Assembly (NCBI RefSeq): GCF_001194135.2
Contig: NC_068981.1
Coordinates: 55,508,450 to 55,572,449, forward strand
DNA length: 64,000 bases
Source: Octopus bimaculoides
Taxonomy: Eukaryota
Direction of reading: 5' to 3'
Part shown: one piece after another, positions 12,801 to 24,800 of the stretch
Layout: each line of letters opens with the position of its first letter
Position numbering within the stretch: position 1 is the stretch's first letter
The notes under the pieces: generated by a model
The model's database searches: none
Seen by the model: only the letters and a program-made list of their open reading frames with translations
What the model was told of the DNA's origin: nothing
Made by a program: the position numbers and the translations under genes

Positions 12801-15800
12801 TATACTTTTATGTCAAAGTAAGCAGGATCTCTAGTAAAGTGAATAAATGTTCACTCATTTGAATACAATGAGCATGTTCAGCTACAGCTCTACATACATA
12901 GGACTAAATAGTGGGTTCAAACATTTGTATAGCTAGCATATGTTTTACATACAGCAATTATACTCACATTCATGCGCAGAGAGTGCTTACATACCTATAT
13001 TTGCACATATGTTCAGTTTCTGTCAACATCTACATATACTCACACACATATTTACACATACATGCTCACATGCATAGCTGAAAAGGGCCTTATGTCCTGA
13101 AATACAAGAATACCAGATCTGAAATCTTTACAAAATGTAAACACTTCAACAAACATTTATTTTTATACTGGAATCTTCCAACACCATAATCACCAGTAGA
13201 CCAGAGACAGCATTACATTACATAAACCACTTCAGTTAGTGTGTATGTCAAGAGGCTTAATAATTTATCCACAAGGTCACAGCTTTTCTCCAAGAAAGAA
13301 GAGTTATTGCAATGCAATATTTTGTGTAAAATTGAGTCAACTCTGTTTATGAAAGCAAACTTATAAACCAGCCAAGAAGCTTTATTAGTTTACTGCATTT
13401 AAATTAATCACACCATTTTACTGGAATAAATTCTTAATACAGGAAAAAGCCTTTATAGACATCCTGTACAGACAAATTAGTGAAATAAAAGTTTCTTTTG
13501 ATTTGATAAGCATGGTTTTGTATGAAAAGTGGATATCACACCAAAATGTTTCTTTTTTTTTTTAACCATTTTGATACCAACTTGCTTAAGACCATCCCTG
13601 ATTTTGTGATACAAAACTGACCATTTTGAAGTGTTTATATTTAAGTTTAACCTTTCTGTCATAATTTTATATAAAGACTTGTTTCTTAATTTATATTCCA
13701 AACACCAGATTGATGAAGAAATAGGTTTTCCTAAACCTGTTATGGGTAGAGAATTTCACTATATGATTGCAAAAAGGTGAAATTGGAAATTCTGTATTGA
13801 TCTGAATTAGTTCATTGTATATTACTTTTAATTACAAAACACACAGTTAAGAATTTTTGTGTTTGTTTGTTTCATACTATTAGTTTTAATTATGTTATTT
13901 ATTCTTCCCTTTATCAAATCCTATGATACTTTTTTATATCATGCACTAGTGTCTACTTTGGCATGGTTTCTATAGCTGGTTACCCTTCCTAATGCCAACC
14001 ACTTTACAGTGTGCCCTTGGTGTCTTGATGTTTTTCATGGCATCAGTACTATTGATAATTACCTTGTAATTTGCAAGGTCTAAATTGATCCTTACGACCA
14101 TGGGAGAACAAAACTGTCATACTTGCTTCAATTGTTAGAACTTCAAAAATGATTTAATGTTCTCCAGGATGGCAAAAATGAAAATCAAAAATAATAACCA
14201 TAAATATGTTGAACTAATGAGAAAGCTTCTATGTGGTTATTCAACTTGCTAGAAGTAGCAGTTAAATTTCCCTCAGATTTCCACCGTACTGTCTTAAAAA
14301 AAAAAAGTATTGAATAATGTAATATCAGATATGCTGTGCTGAAAAGAAAGAATATTATAGCTCTAATGCTTTTGATCTTAAGTCTATTCAATGAGAGCTG
14401 ACTTGGAGCTGAACAACACCAATCATTTGCCTACCACATCGTATGGTACTTTGGTATGGTACTGTATGGTACTTTGGTACTTTGGGCAAGTATCTGCTAC
14501 TACAGCCCCAGGCTGTAGTAAAGAGCCAACAAGGTTCCCTTATATATATAAAAAAAGAAATTTGTTTAAATAAAATAAATTCACTGGCATCCTTGAATTT
14601 GCAAGGAGCCCTCTTCCAAGGTAGCAAAACAATCTGGTTCTGCCTTGCTAAATTTCTCTCAATGGCCCAAAATATAGCTGGAATGAAAATAGTTTACAAA
14701 GAGTATTTACAACTTTTATTAACAAGGCAAAATAAAGCATTTAATTGTGTCAAATAATGACTACCTATCATCTGCTAACCTTACAGCTAAAATGCTATGA
14801 AAATCTATTGTTTTCTAAATGAAATTCCACACAACACTACCCGTCATCTATTGTTTTTGACTTAGCAATGTTCTCACATAATCTACACGTAATATCATTT
14901 CCCTTACAATCATATCATTCTACATATCCCTGACGATGACCATACTATAATTATTTGAATTAAAGTCAGGTCTTCCCTTAAACTAGGCAATACCTGAAAG
15001 CATTCTGTTCAGTGGCAGCTCATAGATAAAATTAGTGGGGGTGCTGCTTCAGAAAATTTTTAGCTGTTGTTTTAATATTGTGTAAAAGGAAACAAACATG
15101 TAAAAAGAAAATTTATACATAAATTTTAAGAAGAAAGGACTCATTATATTGAATGTTACCAATAATATTGAGTGGAAATAGCAAGTGCTGCAGTTCCACA
15201 TTGCCTATATACAAGCCGCCATTGATTCTGTTGTATCCTTTACATTACAAATATCTAAACTCATTGGTATAGAATTTGAACAAAACAAGATTTTAAAACT
15301 GATAGCCTGCAAGTAATATTTTGGTTCTCTCTAAACCTGCAATTCTTCTACCACAAATAACAAATCTAAAACACTGCTATCTGTATCTCAATCAGCTACA
15401 TCTAACCACACCACATCTGTAGACCTTCTTCACAGTGAAACACACCAGTAATCGTACTCCAGTTCACATCATCTTTGCAACTACATATCTAACAGGCCTT
15501 AAGCATTTTAATGTATATGCAACATTTCTGAATACTTCTACAAAACCAGCCTACAAATGCTCTCTTCCCTTTAAACCAAACAATAAGTACTAATTCAAAC
15601 CATCATGTAAAATACAAATGCACTTTGTGTTCTATCAACATTTTCCATAGTCAAGACACTTGACTGTCAATGTTCCAGAACATTTAATCATAAATTGGTA
15701 ATGTGGCTTAATCCAGCTGTGATTCTTTATATAATGTAGTCAGTAACAAAACTCTAATCATATAAAATTATCAGCAAAAGTGTATCTCCACAAATAACAA

Positions 15801-18800
15801 AACTCCTCATTATTCACATCATCTCTGCTAAAGCTAGCAACATTTGTTTTCCATGCCATATTCAACACTGCATTTAAAAGAAGAGAAAAAGAAATGATAT
15901 TCTTTCAAGGTTCAAGGTATTAGTTTTTAAATGTAACTCTACTGGTAACTCCATATTATTTCAGAAACATTGGATAAAGTCTTAGTAAATTGTTATCAGT
16001 CTAATCCTAAAAACATGTTTATATTCATGCTGTTTTTCATTATGCTTTTTTTATGTGATTCTCTTATCAGACTATTGGGATATTGGTTACACATTATAAC
16101 TAGTTATCCCTTCTTTAAACTATTCACACCTGTTAATTACATCTTGAAAGTATTTTTTTCTTTACGAATTAGATAGGAATGTGACTATTCCATAAAAAAA
16201 TGATACAATGGAAAATATTTAAAGATAATTATGAGTCTATTTTGATACTTGTCTGTTTCTGTTCTTTGCTATAAAGGACTACATACCAAGCATTATAAAG
16301 TTTAAGATGAGCCAAATTCACAATCTGGTTTTAATACTAGTGTTTAACAACTTCATTTCAATTACATCACTAAAACCCTTGGGAAAAGTCGGAGTATTGC
16401 TACTTACTCATTTCCCTTGCACTAACAAACAAAGCTATGTGTTAGAAGAAGGTATATCCTATAGTATTCAGACAGACACTAGAATAGCTCTACATTGGAA
16501 TGGTATTCTTGTAAACCATAAGTTAAAGTAGAGACTAATGTTTTAGGTTGCGTTCTTTGTTGGACAAAGAAGAAAAGCAATTTAATTTTATTTCTCCAGT
16601 ACAAGGCCTCAACTAGAAGGTTAATCTCTGCTTTAACTCAGCACACACCAACTAACATCTCTTCTATTTTTACATCCAATCATGGAATTGTCTCATGTCT
16701 GGTAATATTCTTTTCTACTCCAGGCACAAAGCCCGAAATATTGGGGGAAGGGGCCAGTCGATTAGATCAACCTCAGTACACAACTGGTACTTAATTCATT
16801 GACCCTGAAAGGATGAAGGGCAAAGTCAATCTCAGCGGAATTTGAACTCAGAACATAAAGACTGATGAAATACTGCTAAACATTTTGCCCGGCATGCTAA
16901 CGTTTCTGCCAGCTCACTGCTTTATGTATGGTAATATTGTCTCATCTATAATGCCATTATGCTGCCTCATGTAATTATATTCATATTAATTTTTTGCATT
17001 AGGTTGTGGCAGTTGGTGCAAATGGTAACAAATTGGACAAGATATTTATGCTATCTAGTCTAGTCCTTCATAGGTACATATTCAAATTATGCTGAAATTG
17101 ACTTTACTTTTTGTATGTCAGTATTAATCATAAGTATTCAATTGATTCTTCATATGGACTTGTACCTACACCTGGTTGTATTTATAGTTAGGTGGGATAA
17201 GCATGAAAAGTTAAGTATTTTGATTAGGGCACAATGCAGCATGATAGCCAAATATGAACTGTTGGCCTTTGAAGAGCCTACAGTTCTTCATTTAATAATA
17301 TATAAAAGGTAGAGAAACCAAATATAATTTCACAATGTGAGAGTGAACCTGCTTTGTTAATAGTTATTCCTAATTAGCTTTTTAATACTAACTACATTGG
17401 ATAGTATAGTCCTAGATACACTGTATATAAATAATCATGGGGATAGTCACAACTAGAATGCTTTTGGTTATAGTTGCTTGATTAGGGCTGAGCTGGAGCT
17501 AAACAGCACACAATATAAAATAGCATAATCAAAACTAACCAGTAAAACAAATTGAATTTGGACTTAACTTTAGACATAGATAAATGAAAAATTTAACATT
17601 TTTTCATGGAGTTCATGCATTCTAGTATGGTGTAACTAATTTGTCGTACTAGCATGAAGGAATTGATTTCTTCAGTAGAGTACTTGTCTTTAAAACTAAA
17701 TAACATTCTTAACTCTAACAACTAATCTTAATACTTGTAGTGGAACCTGTCTATATCAGTCAGACAAATTAGAACCTGGCTCCAGTAGTATGGTTAGAAA
17801 TCATTACTGTTTGATCAGCAAGCCCAGCACATTAAGTAAATCAAGCATTCATTGTACTTTTGTATTAACCCTGGTATTATTATTTTAACATCTGGTAAAA
17901 TGCACTACCTTTCTCCTTTTTTGGTTAAATTTGAAAGTAATGAAGAATTTAGTTGAATAACATAGTCATTGTTAAGCTGGTGTTTAGGACATATTTTAAC
18001 ATGAAATTTCTGATATATTTCAATTTGAAAAGCAAAGTAAAATTTGGCAGGAGAGAACTTAGAACCAAAAATGATGAAACTTAATTACTCTATTATTTAA
18101 ACCAATTATTCTTTCTACAACTCTATGCTTTATTTTCACATCCACTACTGCTGTAATTCATAAAATGACAGCTGGCCAAATCAACAGGGTGTTGACATAC
18201 AGGCCAAGAGTCTAGTGTTTGTATCCCATCATCAGTACTGTGGTGTGTCCATAATGAAGACACTTAATTGTCATTGATTTAGTTATTTACTTGTTGCTAC
18301 AAATTGAATAGCATTGAACAGATATACACGGAGACACAACCTGGTCCTTAAGGTTGTCTTAAATGCTATAAAGAACCAAATTAATCTCAACAACAGTGAA
18401 AAAACACCTTTGAAAGTACCAACTAGAGATTTCATTACCTTTGTGCGCTCAGGTCAGCGGATCCATTTCAAGAAGAAGAACAACAACAAGCGTTTTTTGA
18501 GTAGGGTGCCAGGGACTCTTTCCCATCCCAGTTACGAAAAAAATGGACATTTTAGTGTGATGTGAAGGAAAGAAAGTTGTGAATCTAGTCGAGTTAACGG
18601 TTCCTCATGAAGATAACATGGACACCACTCAAGCTCGAAAGATTGACTGTTATGTAAACCTCCTCAAGGAATGTGAAGACGCAGGCTGGAAAGGAGAGCA
18701 TTTTCCAATCGAAGTCAGATGTAGAGGGTTTGTTGGACACAGTGTGAGACGACTTTTGTTATTGTTAGGCCTAACTCATCATAAACACTACCATGACCGA

Positions 18801-21800
18801 TATCCAAACTACAGTGGAAAAGGCTAGCCACTGGATTTGGTTAAAAAGAGACGATGAGCAATGGATAGAAGAATATTGAGCTTTATTTAATAACCAGTTG
18901 ATCTAGCAAGTAGAGTCTCATATCAGTGAAGGGGGCCGGTGTGCATTGATGCCGTTGAGAGATAGGCCCCGAAATGGTGCACGTTCTCTCCTGATGACCC
19001 CATACACTTGCTGGCTTCCGGTATGCGGAGTTCTCGACTGGTACCACTTACATGTGCAAGTTGTTTGCAAAACATCTTGTTGCTACAAATTGCTGTATGT
19101 TAATTGAATGTCAGCTGTCATTGAGCAAATCCATAATCATAGGCTTCCCTGGCATGAACATTTCATAGTTTTTCAAACATAGAATATATATCTAGGAATT
19201 CATTATGGACTATGCTCTATCCCTCTTTTTTTTTTTTTTTTTGTAATAGTTGTTGAGGAAGAGAAATTTCCTGCAGAATTAGCAATCTCATTCAGACCTT
19301 TTATCGACTTGTTTATTTATAGATAGGTACCATAGGTAAATAGTTACTCTCTGCAGTAAGTAGTAGCAGCAATTTATAGTTAATCAGTATTTCATTCACT
19401 TGCAATAATGATCATACTCTGTGCTATAAGCCCTTGAAGAGGCATTAGAGGAATCTTTCACTCGAAAACCCTGCAGTTCCTTCATTCTTGACTCAATTAA
19501 TTAAGTCTATTTTAACTTCTTTTTTTTTAACAAATTTTTTAATACATCAATTCTGTTTATGTTTATTTTTCACTTAACAAATAAAACTAAAGTTGACCTA
19601 AAATTTATTAATTGCATCTTTTGTTTTTACTAAATTACAGTTTTAATTTCAATTTTGTAATAATAATAATAATAATAATAATAATGATAATAATAATAAT
19701 AATAAAGTTGGAGGAGGATTAACACAAAGTGAGGCATTTTCTTAACAATTTAATGTTTTGCATTAAACATAGTAATCATATTCATGATGCTGATAAAAAC
19801 AATTATTACAGCATTAAGTGATTTATCACATGTTGATTGCCTTTTTGTTTGTTTCTTGGGGGTGGAGACTTGTTTGTTTGTATTTAACTTACTAAATTTC
19901 GCAGTTTTAATTTTTGCCAAGTTAACAAGATTAATTGCAGTAGGGAATGGTTGAGTGTGTGTGTGTGTGTGTGTGCTCGTGTGTGTATGCGTGCATGTGT
20001 GAAATATTCATAAATGCTTCCTAAATTCTAAGGGGCCTTTTATGTGCCAGCGCTTAGCTTTGGTTTCATAACATTCGTTGATGAGAGATAAACTGATCTG
20101 GATGAAACTCCAGGCTATCAGTGATGTTCCATTTCCTGCAGCAAAATGAACTGAGATAATATAAAATAAAGTAACTTTCTTTATCTCTCTCAAAAACACA
20201 AGATGTATGTCTATGGCAGATTTGAACTCACAAGCAGTGATGTATATTCTTTTCAGTTCCAGGGGCTTAAAGGACAAAGTTGACTTTTAGAATGTAAATG
20301 GACATAAATAAATACAGTAAGAGATTTCATTTGACATTCCACTCTCATGATACCAACATAATCCTGAGAGTTACAATATTGAAGGACATTACAATACATA
20401 TTGACAGGAATATCTTGCTCATTTGATCAGATATTGTCATTAAAATCTAAAAATTTATAACAAAAGATGTACTATTTCTTATCCTGTGAATAGGAACATA
20501 CTGTATTTTCCAGCATGCAAGTCTATAATATATAGTGTAAACATATACTATATGTATATAGTGTAAACATGTAGTGTAAGCATTCAAGAATCATCCCTCT
20601 CTTTCACATGGAATTTTTGATCATCCAGTGTTGGAATTCTGCTTTATGCACTGCATATAACGCCTCGCAACTTTTTTATTTGAAGGAATTTTCAGAAAGC
20701 TTTTGGGAATTTGTGTTCTACATACAGGAATTCATACAGCTATGCAAAAACCAAAATAAAATATTTTTTTGTGTGATTTAAGGGGCATTTAGTTGTTATT
20801 TTTAGCACCACCTCCTACTGTCCTTGTTTGTTTGTCACTTTAATGTTTTGATGTTTTTCAATATCTTTCTCCCCTTAACATATCTAATAGTCTGTTGCTG
20901 AGATTTAAGCCAAAATTTTGGCTGTCCATATTTTAAATGATTTAAAAGAAAAGAAATTTTAAAAATTCTAAAAAAAGTTTTTTATATGGTCATATGAATT
21001 CCCATGTGCAGAACACAAATTCACAAAATTTTTCTGAAAATTCCAAAAGATAAAAAAGTTATGAGGGGTTATATGCTGTGTGTAAAGCAGAATTCTGCTC
21101 CTCCTGTAATCTGATTTGGTTGCAAAGTTTGGTTTGAAAAATTCAACTTGTGTGCTAGAAAAATATGGTATTGATGAAAGAAACAGACATGAAATGATAA
21201 ACATTCAGACTACAGTGATTTACTGATAGAATTGGTCAGAATGTATGGCACTGACACCATTGTATCCATTGTGGTAGGAACTCTAGGAATAGAAATAAGC
21301 AGCTTATCTGGCTATTATTCAACCCAAGAATAGCAGAAAACAGTTTTCCATGAAGGGAATCCATATTTTTATGAAAATTCTTTACATAATAGTTCTTTAA
21401 CAAGTAAATCCATAATTTCCACATTTGAGTTTGTATTTTTCCTTCACTGGTTTAGGCTTTGATTCTTCAGATGGTATTGATGTTAAATATGTAGCATTCC
21501 AAGACAAATGTCAAGACAATTAACCATATCAGTCCAAAGAAAAATAACACCGTAATGTTGGAAAGTTCTGTTCATAGTAGTAGTATGTATATTAAGAGAG
21601 AAGTCAGAATATTCTTGTGAAAGTGACTACTTCTTTTTACAGTTCAGTATTTGACTGTGGAAACCCTGCCAAATGTAAGAATTTACCTGACACTATGCCT
21701 TGCTGCTCATCTTCACATTTTATCTCTTTAAACACTCCAGAATAATGTGATTGGACAGATCTATGGTGACATGTCACTCAAAAATCTGGAAGTTGTTTAT

Positions 21801-24800
21801 TGGTTCAATTTTTGCTGATAACATTATTCAATCTGCCAAAATTATGGTTGTTAACTGCAAACAAGTCCTGGGTTTGAATCAAAGTGAAGGCCTGCTACAA
21901 TTGCATCTACTTCTAATCAATATATCTAGAGAGAAAGCCAGTCAGAACATTCTGTTGAAAAGATGTTGCTCATGAATTTAAAAAGTGAGGAACAGCTGGA
22001 GAGAAGGAGAGATTTTGGTGATCAATAGTCTTTCATTGGAAAGTATAGGTCCAAATCCTATTGTCTCAAGCAGCAGTTCATTTAGAAGATAATATTAACA
22101 AACCTAAAGATCTCTATGGTTCACACTGAATTTAGATTTCTGTACTACTGAGTGAGTGTGTGACAAATCTTCCTGTTTGACAGTGTGCTAGTCTATATTT
22201 GATAACTTATTTGGAATTGTTGCTGTCTATACTTTGCTGCTATATAAACTTAAGTGCATAGAATACAATATTCTTTCCAAAACAGAAGGAAATGCCTACA
22301 GTAGATTTGAACTTATAACCAATTAGTTCATAATTCTTAGTCAACCATTTTAATTGTTGCTTAATTTGCTTAATCATTACTTCTTTCTTGTAATTGTTTA
22401 AACATAATGTATCAGGGTTGTTTATTTGCTGCAATGTAAGAATTGGTTCCAGCACTTGACTGGTACTTTACTTTGTTGACCCCCACCCAGAAGGATAAAA
22501 GTCAAAGTTGACTTTAGCAGGATTTGAACTCAGGCATGTGTGACATCCTAATGATTCTTCCACTATTCTAAAGCATTATTCTGCTGAGGTTGACTTTGCT
22601 TTTCATCCCTTTGGGGTTGATAAAATAAGTACCAGTTGAGCACTGGGGTCGATGTAATCGACTTAACCCTTCCACCGAAATTGCTGGCCTTGTACCAAAA
22701 TTTGAAACCAATATTCTAAAGCAGTCATTGTCAAAACATTTTACTCTAGAAGTTGTAATTCTCCTCACAGAAAATAGCAGTTTCAACTGAGAAAGGCACC
22801 CAGACTTGCACTGAAACATTTAAATGAATAATCATATAAATATCTATATTTGCAGATCTGCATGACATGGAAAAACTGAAGTAAAAGTGTTTTTTATTTA
22901 TATTTTATTGTTTTTCATTTTATTTTGTTTTTATCATATATTTTCAGGTGATCATGTAAAACTCCCCGAAAGAAACATCAGTATACCTCATGTGCATTTT
23001 AATTCAAGTACGTCTAACCATAGATACCACAGTAGACATAAACGATCTGACTCTTTAGAAAGATATATAGAATTGATGGTTGCAGCAGGTCCAGAAATGT
23101 GGAGGTACCATGGAGATGACTTAGAACATTATGTACTCACATTGTTGGCCATGGTAAGAACTTCTATAAATATTATAAAAGTTATATTATAGAATTAGAA
23201 TGAGCAGTTGTTATAGCATTGAAATACTTGCTAAAGAGTTGACTGTTTATGTCCTTGACAAAGATACTGATCTTAACTGCACAATTTTCTCTTCCTATTT
23301 TAATTTTTATTTGAAATTATTTAACTTCTTCTAAAAAAGCCATGAAGGTCACATTTTCCATCTTCCTTTCTCCAGAGTTCAATAGAACTAAATCCAGTAA
23401 ACATCAAATAATGCTTATTCTGATTATAAGAAGCCAAAATAACAGGTTTAGATTACCAGTTTGCTTGGGGTAATTATTTACATACAGATTGCACATACAG
23501 ACACTTACCCAAACAAAAGTCTAACATGCATGTAACAGTTGTACTGTAATGTTTTATGGGGTAATGTTTAATATTTTAAAAATTTTATTTATTAATTGTT
23601 AAAATCTGTTTTATTCTTGACTATTTTTCAGGTCACTAACATATATAAACATCCATCTATAAAAAATTATCTTAACTTAGTTGTTGTCAAATTTTTAGTC
23701 CTTAAAGGTGATGAGGTAAGTCCATTTTATTTATTTGGAAGCTGTTAACATTTTGATATAAATCCTTTAATTTGAAAAGTGCATTTCACCTTCACATTCA
23801 CATGCAGATTACTATATTTTGATTCTTTTAACTATTTTATTTAAATTTTTACTCACAAATATTTATTAAATTAATTAAAAATCTGTATGTAAATTGAGCT
23901 TGAAATATAAAATGTCAGTGCCTTTCTTTCAAAGATAGAGTAATATGGATTTTTCAGGAGGTTATTATATGAATAAAACCATATTATTATTTAAAGAACA
24001 AATGGATCTTAGTCAGAATCTCCAACCATCAATTTTCAGTTGTTCAATCAACAGAGCTACTCAGATCATTGAATCAGCATGTATGTGGCTGAGTATTCAT
24101 GCACATGCATACCCTTAACATAATTCTGTCTTGATCAGCATGACACAATATGAGACAAGGCTGGGTCTTGGAATTACAGATACAATCCATCCAATGAACT
24201 TGCCCAACACATCACACAGTGAAATTGAACCTAGGACACCTCATGATTGGAAAGTGAACTTAACCTTTCAGAAATACTGTGCCTGCAAAGAATAAAAATA
24301 AGCATATTAACACAAATTTTGACTATCAGTAGATGTGTAGATAGCTGATTAATAGAATGCAGCAGAACATGTTTCTAAAGTTGTAGTTCTTCAATAAAGG
24401 GTCATATTAAATACAACTGAAGGCTATTCTCCAATGAAAAGCTCTGTCTGAACTATGAGATAAAATAAACTCTTCCCAGTGCTTAGAAGGTTCCATAGTA
24501 GAGATCTCCTGTTCCCTAAGTGACTTAATCAGCAGTGAAGGAAGGTACTCTGAAAATATAGTAGCCAGAATAATAACAGTTCGGAAAAAGTTCAGGAAGC
24601 TATTATCTCTGTTCACAACAGAGATTCTCTCTAAGGGAGTGAAGAGTAGATTGTACAATGCATGTGTACAAACTGTGATGCTCCATAGTAGTGAGATGTG
24701 AGCACTGAATACAGAGGATTTGTGAAGGTTGGGAAGAAATAAAATAAGCATGCACTACTGGATGATCCAGTGTAGTTTGCTAAGCAATCATGCACAGATG

